Below are positions 1 to 23,619 of a DNA stretch of 64,000 nucleotides, piece by piece. The stretch spans positions 1 to 64,000 of the forward strand of contig NIVC01001872.1 in assembly GCA_002269645.1 (NCBI GenBank), in the 5' to 3' direction. The stretch is from Macrostomum lignano (lineage: Eukaryota). Numbering within the stretch: position 1 is the stretch's first letter; each line of letters begins with the position of its first letter. A model generated the notes under the pieces. It worked only from the letters and a program-made list of their open reading frames with translations, did not search any database and was not told the DNA's origin. The translations under genes were made by a program, and so were the position numbers.

Positions 1-282
1 ACGGGATGGCGTGGGAGAATGAGCTGCTCGGAAACAATGCCTCAGCAGCATTGGCGGCTTTTTGCTTAGTGCAAACACTATGGATAGCGACACTGATATG
101 GGAAGAAATTCCCAAAACTTCCTGGGCAGGGCAGTCTCTCTCTCTCTCTCTCTCTCTTTATTGAGAGTAAAAAAGTTCACAGGCTATAATTGATGCTGTT
201 GCACTTGCAGCAGTGCGTGCACTTGTGTTTATCGACTGTGACTACAGAGTGAATGAGGCGAGAATGCTGTCTCACCTCAGTC

Positions 283-460
283 TCGAGTCTCCCCCCAGAG
301 TCACTCCAAGACTCGAGTCTCCCCCCAGAGTCACTCCAAGACCCAAGTGTGACACTAGAGTCACTCAAAGACTCAGGACTCACCCTATAGAGTGACTCTA
401 AGACTTAAGCCGCAAATAAGAGTCACTCTAGAAGTCAAGTCGCATCCTAGAGTGACTTCA
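283..460. repeat. Degenerate ~30-nt tandem repeat (ccccccagagtcactccaagactcgagtct)
   Basis: Two near-exact copies at about 290-345, followed by decaying agagtcact/agagtgact units. Confidence 0.6.
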
Positions 461-1730
461 AGACTACAAATGACTTCATTGACCCTGTGCAGATTACATG
501 TAAGTCTATGAATTTTCACGTAGATGTATAACCGATAGAGTTGTATTAGTAAGATATGAGCATATACATTTGAATATTCGTAATAAAAAATCATTGCAAA
601 AACACGCACGCACTACATTAAGATGCTGATACATCACCTCGGACACATAATCTTCAGTTAAGCAGGTTTAATTTAATTGTGTAATTAACTGTGTAATTAT
701 TTTTCCTGTGTATTTAACTTTCGGTAAAGTGAATAATGTTATATTCAGTACAATACGGATGCAAACTTTCATCATCACTGACTACTGCAAATGAGTAGTA
801 AGCTGTTCGCATCGCTAATTGGACACATGCATACGCAACTTCAAATGTCCAGTATGAAACGTGGTGAAAAAAATGTTAAAAGTTCTTTTATTATATATAA
901 AAAAGCACAGAAAGGTTTGTAGTTGAATATTCAAGTACGTGAATTAAATTAAATTTCCTAGAAAAGCAGGTTTAAAAATTACCACACAGCGGTAGGCTCA
1001 TGTACATTGCGTTTTGCAAGCAATAAATGAACCGTTGCTTAAAAATTGGCTAAAGGCTATGAAATCAGAATATTTCTGGGTAAGGATAAACTTACAAATA
1101 AACCGGAGGCCGGTGAGTCACGTATATTTGTCGTGTCGCTGGTGCATTTAGTGTGCTCAATGGGAGAACGCACGGACGGGGCTGAATGGAGTTTTACCAT
1201 AGACAGATTCAGTCTTAAATATATCCGACCTCTCGAAAGCATACTGGATGCACCAGCGATACTACAAATACCGAATCATACTTCAGCTGTCCATGGGGTA
1301 AAAAATGGTTTGAATAAAATTCTCCGATAAAGCGATCGAATTATCTGAAATTACAAAAGCGCTATAAATGATCAAAGGCATTGCAAAATAAATTATAAGG
1401 GATACGTAGGCAGCTAAAAAACTGCTATAGTATGATACACCGTGACTGTCAGACAGATCAGGCAAGAATTATAATATTTCTAATACTATTTAGTAATAAC
1501 TAAAACCAAGTGAACTCTGTGCCCTGTCAGAAGAACGAGTATGCGGAGGTCAAAGTGAGAACAAGTCGACCAACAAATGACACAGCAGGAGAGAATGAAA
1601 GAAAGAAGAAGTCGTACCAACTGTTTTTTATGCTGACTTTTAAGTTAATCCGTTAACTGCGGCCGCTTAGCTTAATCTGTCACTTGCCTTGAGGGTTGAC
1701 GGTTACTAAACCAAAATCGAAGCTCACATC

Positions 1731-2459
1731 CAGTGGCGCACAATGAATTAAGACCACCGAACACAAATTTGAACTTTCAATTTCATAACCTACACAGATT
1801 GCTGGAGCATTTTAATCTAATCAGGTATAGATAAACGTGGTATCAATCACTTAAATAAATGATGTGTTGGGTGACTACTTGCAATTGAGTGTGTTTGATT
1901 GGAGTCCCTTGTCTCGTCTCACTTTCGAATTTGATAAGCCACAGAGTAATAAAACCAGTTTCAGCAGGACAGCAATCCGAAGCACACCTCCAAGGTTGTG
2001 AAGGCATGGCTTACAGAGAACAATCCGCACCATGGACTGGCCAGCGCAGTCACCAGACCTCAATCCGATTGAGAATCTGTGGAACTGGGTCGAGCGGGAC
2101 ATCCAGATGCAGCAGCCAGCTTCCCTTGATCAGCTGTACCGTATCATTGAGGACTTGTGGGCTGCCATCCCGGCAGAAGTGGGCCAGAAGCTGGTGGATA
2201 GCATTCCTAGGCGGTGCAATGCTGTGATTTAATCAAAAGGCTTTGCTACAAAGTATTAGAGTAGTTTTTGGATATCAGTGGCATTTGCTTTACTTATTTC
2301 GAAAGTATTTAAAGATGGTCTTATTTCAATGTTAAATAAAGTAACACTTGTATTCCTACAAGTTTTACTGCCAATTTAATACTTGAATTTAGCTTAAAGA
2401 CAAGTATGCCAAAAATAAAATTATTTTACTTTGTGGTCTTAATCCATTGTGCGCCACGG
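1731..2459 (+). mobile_element. Internally deleted Tc1-family DNA transposon
   Basis: 27-bp TIRs: cagtggcgcacaatgaattaagaccac (1731-1757) and gtggtcttaatccattgtgcgccacgg (2433-2459), 2 mismatches. TA follows the right end; the left flank is TC. Contains only the transposase C-terminus. Confidence 0.85.
2032..2232 (+). pseudogene. Tc1 transposase C-terminal fragment
   Basis: WPAQSPDLNPIENLW is the Tc1 DD34E third-residue motif, followed by LVDSIPRRCNAVI. The N-terminal DNA-binding domain is missing. Confidence 0.9.
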
Positions 2460-2946
2460 TACTTTTTGAGCTTGTCAGGCGCTTTCTTAAAATATTATGC
2501 ATCAGAATTTTCAGGTAGCATCACTAGTCAAGCTGTAGAAAGCTGTATCAAAATAGAGACAACATGGTTTCTGAGAACTCAGCAACAAGATCCTACAATA
2601 ATCCGGTTTGGCTCGAGTTTTAAAAATTCAGAAGGCATGCACAGCTGAAGTAAAAGGACGCGAGACTCCAATTTCCTGGAAATCAGATGGATTACGCTAA
2701 GGAGCGCGTATTCTTCGTATCAATAGTGCATTCAGAAATCGCTGGAGAACGCGTAGGACTAAAAAGAGGTTTCGACATAGACAAGTTCGGTCTATAAAGA
2801 TACGATTTTTCTAGAGCATTCTACTCTCATAAATGCACTAACGATACGACAGGATACACATTCCAGCCCATTTCTAAGAATATGCAGTGTAGCGTCCTTC
2901 TACTTTAGCTGTCCATGCGAAAAACAACAAAATCTTAACTTTGACT

Positions 2947-4289
2947 TCAGAAACGCCTGGCGTGCAGCTTGCAGTAGGCCTTGCCATCCTTCGGAGCGAA
3001 CGGCTTGCCCTCCAAGCAGGTGCCGCACACGGCGCAGCAGAAGCACTCGGCGTGATAAGTGCCGCCCAGCACCTCGACGAAGCGATCGATCGGCGCGATC
3101 GCCTCGTGACACTTGGCGCACTTGGTGAAGAACAGGTCGCCCCAGTCCTTCTCGCAGTAGGGCCGGTTGTCCTCAACTCGGAACTTCCGCCCGGCGATGC
3201 TCTGTCGGCAGTGAGCGCACACGAAGCACTGCCGGTGGAAGTATTGGTCCATGGCGTGCACGCTCTCGCTGACGATCGTCTGCTGGCAGCTGCCGCAACG
3301 GGGCGCCAGAAGTCGGACGTAGTCGTCCTCGCAGTACAGCTGGTTGGCCTCCTCGACGAAGCCGCACGGTTCAAGGTTGCGGCCGCAGACGCTGCAGTTG
3401 AAGTGGTCCGGGCAGAAGCACTTGTCCAGCGCCACGAGGAACGGGCCGCGGATCACCGAGCCGCAGACCGAGCAGACCGGGACGCCACCGGCCGCTTGCT
3501 GAGTTCGGCGCTGGGCCTCGCCACGGCGACTGCGACCGGAGAGTCCGGCACTGCCGCCTCCACCACCGACAGACGACATCAGAGGAGCAGTTGAACGTGG
3601 AGCCGAAGGTGGCGGCGGCGGTGGTTGAGCAGGCGGAGAAAAGTTCCGCGGCGAGAACTGCTGCGGCGGTGAGAACTGCTGTGGCGAGAACTGCTGTGAC
3701 GAGAACTGCTGTGGTGAGAACTGCTGTGGCGAGAACTGCTGTGGCGAGAACTGCTGTGGCGAGAACTGCTGTGGCGAGAACTGCTGTGGCGACGAAGAGT
3801 AATGCTGTACAGCGTTAGGCTTAGCGAAGTGATGCTGCGGAGCGGGTGGGTAATAGTGCGACGATGGAGAAGAAGGCGACGCGTTCGCGGCGGGCAGCCG
3901 TGTGGCGCCGCTAGAGTTGCCGGCAGTCTGGCGGGCTGGCGGGCTGTAGGGCGGGCTGTAAGGAGCCGCGGCCGGTTGGAACTGGTGCTGTTGCGGCTGA
4001 GGCTGGAAGTAGGCGTGGTTGAATCCGCCGCCGCCGCTCGCCAAGCCAAGGTCGAGCTCGTTGCCGCATCGGATGACCGCCTGCTGGGCCTGCTGGTGTG
4101 TCCAATTGTGTGTCGGGTCCCGCCGATGCTCACCACCCTGTCGCCGACGCAGACGCCGTGCCGCTCGGCCATGCCGCCTTTGCTCACCTTCTGGATGGTG
4201 AGAGCGGAGTTGAAATCGCGTCCGCCCTGCAGCCGGAAGCCCCACGGCGTTCCGGAATCCGGACGAGTCATGCGCACCTGACGAGACAT
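2947..4289 (-). CDS. PDZ and 3xLIM domain protein (Enigma/PDLIM5/LDB3/Zasp family), intronless, with a 1-nt frameshift at about 4119-4121
   Basis: ATG at 4289 gives [26 protein letters not shown]...GDRVVSIGG (PDZ). The PDZ continues in another frame as [24 protein letters not shown]. Three C-terminal LIM domains follow (CSVC..HFNCSVC..C; [15 protein letters not shown]; [18 protein letters not shown]). Confidence 0.9.
3650..3790 (-). repeat. Coding 15-nt minisatellite encoding (QQFSP)n in the PDZ-LIM linker
   Basis: About 9 copies of tggcgagaactgctg, in frame. Confidence 0.85.
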
Positions 4290-5124
4290 TTTTCTTGCTT
4301 AGGGTTACTGCGTTCGGGTTTCTGACTAGCTGAGTGCCGGGGCGATGAAAGAGAAGCTGCTGGGTGCCGCACCCTGCATGGATAAATACTAGCGATGGTT
4401 GGCGCTTCCTGTACGCAGCCAAGATCAATTTGATGCGCGGTTGGTCCAGTGTACGTGACTAGGCCGACCCTCTCCTACACAACCGCAAGGGTGCAAGACG
4501 CCTTAACCTGCCCGACAGAGGAAACAAGGGGAAGGAAGGTTCAGTCATTTCCATAGCGCAACTTCGATGTTACAACGAATAAGGAAGCTGCCTGGCTGAA
4601 AGAGACGGTCTGGCGAGACCTTTTCAAACTGTGGGGGTGCGCATTGATCGATTGGGCCGGCGCTGAAGCTCCGCACTTAGTCTGGGCGGGCTGGTGAATA
4701 GCGAACACAGGGGGCTGCTGGGGGGCTGGGGGGATGAGTGGGTGAACTGACTGGGGGGAAGACTTCCCAGGAACGCAGGACCTTTTGCGGCGTGCAACGG
4801 GGTTCATCCGCTGCCCGAAACTGACCGAGCTGCAGTCCGAGAGAGGGGAGGGAGGAGTCTCGACGCGACCTTCTGAATCGAGACAGGCCAAGGGAAGAAA
4901 AGGATGGATAAAGTTTTTTTATATTCACTTAAATGGCCCATTTGTGGCGGCTGCGGTTCTTTCATTTTAGCGAAAGACTTTGCAAAGAAATTGTACAAAT
5001 GGAATGGAAACTTCAATTTGCAGATTCGCTCGTAAAGTACGCCACGCTTATGACGCCTTGTGAAAGTTCATTCATTTAAGCTCCCTGTGGCTATTGGAAT
5101 GTACCGAATAACATTTACAAAAAA

Positions 5125-5410
5125 GGGGTTGTAGCCTAGTGGTTGGAGCGTCGGACCCACGACTGAAAGGTCGGGGGTTCGATTCTTGACCGAATCAGAA
5201 CAGTTAGTGTCCTTGAGCAACAATACACTTGATTCTGCTTTACTCCAGTTCACACCAGCTGTAAAATGGGTTGTCAGCATTAGCTGGGGTAATTGAGGGT
5301 GTGTGTGGCGACCCCCCAGTCCTTGGACTGAACAGCCGTACGCAGCCTTCAGATGCGCCGCGCAATAGCTGCGGCTGAGCTGTCGGTTGCACATCTGTTA
5401 TTATTAATAT
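5125..5410 (+). mobile_element. tRNA-derived SINE
   Basis: Pol III A-box-like TAGCCTAGTGG (5132), B box GGTTCGATTC (5176), gtgtccttgagcaa core segment and a (tta)n-like tail at about 5398-5410. No complete tRNA acceptor stem. Confidence 0.75.
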
Positions 5411-5739
5411 TTACAAAGAGTATACAAAATGTTTTTGAGAAATTATTCTTAAAATATACATTGAGCAGCGTAATAAAAAACCACAATGGGCAAAAAATTG
5501 ATATAAAACTTGTTTATTTGAGATTCAATTATTAAAAAACGCAAAATTTCATAGAAAATTTTCGTACCGTAGTGGTAGACACAGTGTCCCTATACATTAT
5601 TGAGCTGTTCTGTGTGAGGCAGAATTAAATTTAAAAAATTCAATGGTAACCACTTTGCTTTCAGTTATTCTAAAGTAGTGAAGAAGGAACTACAGAGAAA
5701 AAATATTTGGTTTTGTATTTCTTTACTGGTCATTGCCTC

Positions 5740-8700
5740 TCAGACCTGGTAACGCACGGTCACCCTCTGCAGCTGGTTCACCATAATGTCCTTGCTGTCC
5801 GATTGGGTCCTGCGCTGCTGGTAGCGCGGCACTCGAGACCAATCAAAGTAGGTGAACTCCATGGGCGTCTTGCGCTGACGCCGCTGCTCGTAGGCGGCCT
5901 CGATTGAGTCGAAGGTCTGCTGAGGGCTGCGCGAGGAAACAGTGTGGTTCTCTGTGTTGCTGCCGTGTCAAGGGGCAAAAAATTTCAGGATTCAGTAGAA
6001 CTTTTCAGTGGCTTTAGCACCAGGGGCTTTAGCATCAGAGGCTTTAGCACCAGGGGCTTTAGCATCCGGGGCTTTAGCACCAGGGACTTTAGCACCAGGG
6101 ACTTTAGCACTAGGGGCTTTAGCATCAGAGGCTTTAGCACCAGGGGCTTTAGCATCAGGGGCTTTAGCACCAGGGGCTTTAGCACCAGAGGCTTTAGTAC
6201 CAGGGGCTTTAGCACCAGGGGCTTTAGCATCAGGGGCTTTAGCACCAGGGACTTTAGCACCAGGGACTTTAGCACCAGGGGCTTTAGCATCAGAGGCTTT
6301 AGCACAAGGGACTTTAGCACCAGGGGCTTTAGCACCAGGGACTTTAGCACCACGGGCTTTAGCATCAGAGGCTTTAGCACCAGGGGCTTTAGCATCAGGG
6401 GCTTTAGCACCAGGGGCTTTAGCACCAGAGGCTTTAGTACCAGGGGCTTTAGCACCAGGGGCTTTAGCACCAGAGGCTTTAGTACCAGGGGCTTTAGCAC
6501 CAGGGGCTTTAGTATCAGGGGCTTTAGCACCAGGGAATTTAGCACCAGGGACTTTAGCACCAGGGGCTTTAGCATCAGAGGCTTTAGCACCAGGGACTTT
6601 AGCACCAGGGGCTTTAGCATCAGAGGCTTTAGCACCAGGGACTTTAGCATCAGGGGCTTTAGCATCAGAGGCTTTAGCACCAGGGAATTTAGCACCAGGG
6701 GCTTTAGCATCAGGGGCTTTAGCACCAGGGGCTTTAGCATCAGGGGCTTTAGCACCAGGGGCTTTAGCACCAGAGGCTTTAGTACCAGGGGCTTTAGCAC
6801 CAGGGGCTTTAGCACCAGAGGCTTTAGTACCAGGGACTTTAGCACCAGTGGCGCCAGCACCAGTGGCACCAGCACCAGTGGCGCCAGCACCAGTGGCGCC
6901 AGCACCAGGGGCTTTAGCGCCAGGGGCGCCAGCACCAGGGGCGCCAGCACCAGGGGCGCCAGCACCAGTGGCGCCAGCACCAGGGGCTGTAGATGCATAG
7001 ACATAATAGCTCATAACTTAATTTCAAAGAATGTACTTTGTAATAGATTACAGTGGCCTTTCCTGCACTTAAGCGAACGAGTGACGCTAAAAATTTAGAT
7101 TTAAGGTTTTACTTAAATTGCCTGAGAGCTCAGAGCAGCCAACTCACATCATTGATCTGTCGATTTCCGCTTTTCCACCACCATCCTGTTTGATCGCTTT
7201 AGCCGCCCCGGCGCTGGTATCGGCTGGACATCCTCTGGTCTCCACGCGGCTGCCGAAGGCCAGCCGGTCCCGCACCAGCTGATTGTCGGTGTCGAACAGG
7301 CGCTGCGCTCTCATGCGCTCGTTGAATGTGATCTCTGCGAGCGTTTGTGATAATAATGTAATGATTTAGGTTGCGGTAGCGTTGTAGGGTAGGCCCACGA
7401 TAATAGCGCGTCCCGTGGTACTTCTGGTTATTCTGCTGACTCCTAAACACGCTCACACTAGGTGTACACACGCGGCCCTGACTTTCTAATCTTCAGGCAT
7501 GTACACTTTCTGTGCCTTGGAGATCGACCCTCATGGATGGCTGTGAATCGTGCGACAATCATCTGGCCAATTTTTAAGCACACAAGCCCCAAATGAAGTG
7601 TGGCCGCCCACGGAATCGAAACATGATTATCGCTAAACTGATCTGACTCTTGTTAGGAAGTTCTTTCAAACTTTAAGACTACATGCTGTGAGGGTACATT
7701 TTTGTTGTAAAACAAAAACAACAAAAAAACAAAAATTTTGTAAAACAAAAGCTTAAAAACCTCCGTATCATTGCGTCGTCGAAGTCTTGATTTGTAGAAC
7801 TATATCGAAGCTACAATACTTTGCTCAAGCATACGGTACAATTGAAAATTTACTCGGTTTGAAAGTTTCTTCAAAATACGAGTCCAATTATACGCCATTT
7901 TCTGCCAAGATATCACTAAAATTATTCGTAAGTAGTATACGTTGATTCCACATGAGTTACAAGTATATACGAGTATAACAATATCTCCTCGTATAGATAC
8001 GTTTTACGTTTCGTTTTCAGTGGCCTCGGATTATCTTAATCTATAGTCGTTATAAAGGCATGCTCACATTTAAATCAAGAGTTCTCATTCTCAAGGCCAC
8101 TCACCGTGTCTATCCAGCACCTTGACCGACGGCAGGTGGAAGATGACGTAATCGCGATAGTGCTTCTCTTGGGCTACCGGATTGTCGAACAGAGCTGCAT
8201 GGTGTTGAAATGTGTGGGAGTGAGTCAAGTGGTAAGCGATACTCATTAGTATTTTAGGGCGAGAATATACATGCATATCAGCACTGTCAATTTAATATCA
8301 TATGAGTCTGGTGGTAGCGTGAAAAGATTCACAACAGTTGAAAAAGCATGCTAAATGCTACTAAGATCATATTCTTAACGATCCCTGACGCTTACATTCT
8401 CAACTCCCTGACGCTTACTTTCTCAACTCCCTGATGCTCATATTCTCAACTCCCTGACGCTTACTTTCTCAACTCCCTGATGCTCATATTCTCAACTCCC
8501 TGATGCTCATATTCTCAACTCCCTGACGCTTATATTCTCAACTCCCTGACGCTTATATTCTCAACTCCCTGATGCTCATATTCTCAACTCTCTGATGCTC
8601 ATCTTCTCAACTCCCTTATGCTTATATTCTCAACTCCCTGATCCTCATATTCTCAACTCCCTGATGCTCATATTCTCAACTCCCTGATGCTCATATTCTC

Positions 8701-11096
8701 AACTCCCTGATGCTCATATTCTCAACTCCCTGATGCTTATATTCTCAACTCCCTGACGCTTATATTCTCAACTCCCTGATGCTCATATTCTCAACTCCCT
8801 GATGCTTATATTCTCAACTCCCTGATGCTTATATTCTCAACTCCCTGATCCTCATATTCTCAACTCCCTGATGCTCATATTCTCAACTCCCTGATGCTCA
8901 TATTCTCAACTCCCTGATGCTTATATTCTCAACTCCCTGACGCTTATATTCTCAACTCCCTGATGCTCATATTCTCAACTCCCTGATGCTCATATTCTCA
9001 ACTCCCTGATGCTCATATTCTCAATCCCTGATGCTCATATTCTCAACTCCCTGATGCTTATATTCTCAACTCCCTGATGCTCATATTCTCAACTCTCTGA
9101 TGCTTATATTCTCAACTCCCTGATGCTTATATTCTCAACTCCCTGATGCTTATATTCTCAACTCCCTGATGCTCATATTCTCAACTCCCTGATGCTTATA
9201 TTCTCAACTCCCTGGTGCTTATATTCTCAACTCCCTGATGCTCATATTCTCAACTCCCTGATGCTCATATTCTCAACTCCCTGATGCTTATATTCTCAAC
9301 TCCCTGATGCTTATATTCTCAACTCCCTGATGCTCATTTTCTCAACTCCCTGATGCTCATATTCTCAACTCCCTGATGCTCATATTCTCAACTCCCTGAT
9401 GCTCATATTCTCAACTCCCTGATGCTCATATTCTCAACTCCCTGATGCTCATATTCTCAACTCCCTGATGCTCATATTCTCAACTCCCTGATGCTCATAT
9501 TCTCAATCCCTGATGCTCATATTCTCAACTCCCTGATGCTTATATTCTCAACTCCCTGATGCTCATATTCTCAACTCCCTGATGCTTATATTCTTAACTC
9601 CCTGATGCTTATATTCTCAACTCCCTGATGCTTATATTCTCAACTCCCTGATGCTTATATTCTCAACTCCCTGATGCTCATATTCTCAACTCCCTGATGC
9701 TTATATTCTTAACTCCCTGATGCTTATATTCTCAACTCCCTGATGCTTATATTCTCAACTCCCTGATGCTTATATTCTCAACTCCCTGATGCTCATATTC
9801 TCAACTCCCTGATGCTTATATTCTCAACTCCCTGACGCTTATATTCTCAACTCCCTGATGCTCATATTCTCAACTCCCTGATGCTCATATTCTTGGTAAC
9901 TGTGATGCTTAATTGGTGCTGTAAAAATGTTTAATTTGTTGTGCAGGTGATCGAGTTACATGGAATAAACGAAGGGCATATAGAGTAACATGAGTGTGAA
10001 TTTTATACGAGTTCGATAAAAATGAACACTTATTATATAACTTGAAAGGTGAACTTGAATTGTACTTACTGATTTTTTCTAAACACTGGAATATTTTACA
10101 GGATTTATGGTTGGAAATTCAGAATATTGTAATGCTTCAAATTTAAACTATAACAAGTTAAGAACTACTGGAAACTTTTCTTAACAGCTATACTGGTACT
10201 TACTCAAAGTCTGCAATCCCTGCATATTCTTCAGCTCCTGCACGACTTCCTCAACTTTGCTCAGCTGATTGTTGTGCAGCAAGAGAGTTTTGAGTCCTGT
10301 AAGCTGTCCCAATGAGCCACTGATGCTGATCAGCTTGTTGTTGTGCAGGTACAAGTCCCCTAGCCGAAGGTTGTCTTTCAAACAGTCCACTTTTAACAGC
10401 TGAAATTTTCAGGCAGTGATTTTCATCACACGGGTCTAAAACTAGCTGTAATAATTTTAAACAAGACACCAGAAATGTACTCACCCTGTTGCCATTAAGC
10501 CACACTGCTTGAAGATTAGGGAAGCAATGAAGTGATGGAATCGTTCCCAATGATCTGAAGTACGAAATATATGTAGCTAAAATTTCGTTTTATAAAATCA
10601 GTACCTGCATCAATATGGATACTGACTGAGAAACTATCATAAGTAAAGCCTATAAGAAAGACTCACAGTTTTCCTAGATAAAGTTCTTCGACCTCAAACA
10701 AGCGCATTACATGCTGACTCTTCATTTGATTTTGAAGGTTCTAAAAGAAAAAATTCCGTATTCGAATATATAGGTCTACCAATATTGTGCAATAAATTTA
10801 AGTTTTAAGAACAAAATTGAATAGCGAGCTATTAAAGTAGAAATATGAGTTGCTACAAACTGTCAAAACATAAAAAAGGACACAAATTGGAACCAATTTT
10901 ACGCTAATTTGACGGATAAATTCAAGTGATGAGATGATAAAATAAAAGCTAGGTAATTATTCGGACGGCTACTTAATTTTTTTATTGCGATTCTTTTTTA
11001 AGTTACGCTCGTATACTCGTCTATCGCTCTCGACACGAGTTGCTAGGCTGGGCTTACCTGGTGCAAAGATGGATTCGCTTCTAATATGTGTTCCAT
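5740..11096 (-). CDS. LRRC72: Leucine-rich repeat-containing protein 72-like, 7 exons, about 280 aa
   Basis: Exons 11096-11058, 10740-10667, 10554-10485, 10399-10204, 8194-8105, 7334-7148, 5926-5740. All introns are GT-AG and the phases join into an 843-nt ORF. Peptides EVEELYLGKL, LQAVWLNGNR, LGDLYLHNNKL, LKTLLLHNNQL..VVQELKNMQGLQTL, LFDNPVAQEKHYRDYVIFHLPSVKVLDR, RLAFGSRV and FDWSRVPR match my recollection of LRRC72. Confidence 0.85.
6007..6985. repeat. 15-nt minisatellite (ggctttagcaccagg)n in the last LRRC72 intron
   Basis: About 65 copies with variant units; a cagtggcgccagcac variant block sits at the right end. Confidence 0.95.
8380..9893. repeat. 23-nt minisatellite (ctcaactccctgatgctcatatt)n in LRRC72 intron 4
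   Basis: About 65 copies; period measured between 8468 and 8491. Confidence 0.95.
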
Positions 11097-11667
11097 TATA
11101 TAGCTGTTGAAAAAGGCTCTTGTTCAAATTTTCAGCTTCCAATTTCGGGTAAGTTTAATAACATCAATGTAATATATTTTACAGATATAAATTTTCTACC
11201 AGCTGCTTGAAAATCAAATCGTAGCTGTGTTGCTACTGAATACAATTTTATACGTCTAAAACAGTAACTTAAATGAAGTTAAAAACAAACAAACATATAC
11301 CTTACTAAGAAATTTACACAGTTTGACATACCTACCAGAAAGAGTTATCAAACTTTGATTTACCAATAGTTTCTACGAAAGTAATGTAATAATTTTTAGA
11401 AGTAAAAACTCGATAGAACCAGGTCGAAATCGGCATGTTGATGTAGTGAGTTTCACTTTTAAAAGGAGGTATTTTTTATACTGATAAGTTCTTTGTATTT
11501 CATATTAAGAGTGATCTGTGATTGTAAAGTAATTTTTCGCTGTTCACTCCTATCACTAGGTCTATCCATCAACTAGGTCGTTGACTCGATAGCCTCAATA
11601 TTTGTTTTTGTAAATTTTGCTTGAACTTCAAGATTCAAGAAAGTGGTTGCTGATTAACTTTTCAAAA
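11097..11667. promoter_or_regulatory. Putative bidirectional promoter/5' UTR region between LRRC72 and CLINT1
   Basis: Divergent ATGs at 11096 (-) and 11668 (+), about 570 bp apart. Confidence 0.5.
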
Positions 11668-21687
<10,020 letters not shown>

Positions 21688-22239
21688 CGGCTGCCCCTGA
21701 CTGAGTCGCACTGGAATTATTGATATGAATTTATATTAGAATTACTCAATATTGAATGAGCATCTGGTCACTGCTGTGTTTTGTTTACTGCTTGTCTCCG
21801 GCTGTCAAAATCACCTCGCAACTGCTACTCACAGTACTCACAATACCTGTCTGACCTTCCAGTGTCCCTGCTGTTATTAATGCACTGACTGTTGTGACTG
21901 CCCAGTTCAGTATATAAAGTGCATCTGACTACTGTGAGTAGCTTTGCTTTAAATGAAACCAAATAAATTTATTCCAATGCTGCTTTTGTTAGTCTTCATT
22001 TCGATGGGTATTAAATGTACTTTTATTTATTGCTGTCTGTTAGTTGAAACTGCTGTCAATTTAAATTTGTTTTACTGCACCAGAGTAAATTCATTATTGA
22101 TGAGGTCAGTGATTTCAGTTATGTCTGTCAGTTGAGTTTAAACCGACCAATCTGCACAGATGCAAACTGCCTGATCTGGTGCTGCTGCCTGCTTTGTTCT
22201 GGTTTTTATTTTTTGTTTTACTGGTCTGGCCACTTAGTC

Positions 22240-22830
22240 AGCTAAAACTCCCACTCACTCAGCTAAAAATCCACAAACTCAGCTAAAAATGCCACTCACT
22301 CAGCTAAAAATCCACTCACTCAGCTAAAAATCCACTCACTCAGCTAAAAATCCACTCACTCAGCTAAAAATCCCACTCACTCAGCTAAAAATCCACTCAC
22401 TCAGCTAAAACTCTCACTCACTCAGCTAAAAATCCACTCACTCAGCTAAAAATCCACAAACTCAGCTAAAAATGCCACTCACTCAGCTAAAAATCCACTC
22501 AATCAGCTAAAAATCTCACTCGGCTAGGCTGAAAATGTCACTCACTTAGCTAAAAATCCACTCACTCAGCTAAAAATGCCACTAACTCAGCTAAAAATCC
22601 ACCCACTCAGCTAAAAATCCACTCACTCAGCTAAAAATGCCACTCACTCAGCTAAAAATGCCACTCTCCCAGCTAAAAATCTCACTCACTAGGCTAGGCT
22701 AAAAATGCCACTCACTCAGCTAAAAATCTCACTCACTCAGCTAAAAATCCACTCACTCAGCTAAAAATCCACAAACTCAGCTAAAAATTCCACTCACTCA
22801 GCTAAAAGTCCCAATCACTCAGCTAAAATC
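22240..22830. repeat. ~20-nt minisatellite (cactcactcagctaaaaatc)n
   Basis: About 28 variant copies. Confidence 0.9.
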
Positions 22831-23460
22831 CCAATCCATGTATTTCTGTTTCCCACTGTCGTCTCAGTCGCTGCTGAAGCCTTCAACCCAGGTGTTATTT
22901 TATTCAATCAGAGCTCAGCCTCTGTCTCAGGCTGATGGATTCCATCTGCTTATCAATGCTGCTCAGCCTTAGTGTCTCAGGCTGATGGATTCCATCTGCT
23001 TATCAATGCTGTTCAGCTTTTAGCAGTCATGCAGTTCTGCTGTTATTCACCTGTCAGAACAACTTTGCTTGGGACCCTGCATCCGTGATGGAGATGAACT
23101 GCTTAATGACTCTGAGGTGGATTTGAATTATCAAAGACAATCAGAAATGCCATTTTAGTGCTGCACACCATGCTTATGCAATAAGTATTGTCTCATTAGT
23201 GTAACTCTGATACAGGTTTGTTGTAATGAACCGTATTTTTATTTACATTGTGGAATGAATATGTTTTAAATTTTAATTTTAATTGTCTAGTAGATTATTG
23301 ATCCTTTTTAGTTATTTAAGATTTTATTAATAACCAAATACATGAGTTCCTGCAGTCGGATGGCATCTGTTATAACGCTAGCGAACAACGCTATCTACTC
23401 TTGTGATTTGCATAATTTCATTTGTAATATTAGCTAATAGATGGACAGGCAGCCTGTAAT

Positions 23461-23560
23461 CTAGTCAGACAGCATCACAGATCTAGTCAGACACCATCAC
23501 AGATCTAGTCAGACACCATCTCAGATCTAGTCAGACACCATCACAGATCTAGTCAGACAC
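23461..23560. repeat. 22-nt tandem repeat (ctagtcagacaccatcacagat)n
   Basis: About 4.5 copies. Confidence 0.85.
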
Positions 23561-23619
23561 TTTTGCTTTAATCACCGGCTCAACTGCTAGTCCTTCCAGC
23601 TGATTCTGTAGTTCGGCCC

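Noticed and set aside
2941-3594. 217-aa plus-strand ORF
   Set aside because: Antisense shadow of the GC-rich LIM coding region.
4290-4428. N-terminus of the 493-aa ORF as the PDZ-LIM start
   Set aside because: The PDZ begins at ATG 4289 in another frame; the ORF-track N-terminus is an out-of-frame reading.
5125-5200. tRNA gene
   Set aside because: A and B boxes are present, but there is no closing acceptor stem and it continues into a SINE body and tail.
5944-7098. Three or four long overlapping ORFs (RGFST, LKPLV, PGAKA repeats)
   Set aside because: They are stop-free readings of a 15-nt array inside a phase-consistent LRRC72 intron.
8380-9893. CRISPR-like array (also other 21-54 nt arrays)
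   Set aside because: Head-to-tail units with no unique spacers, no cas genes and a eukaryotic context.
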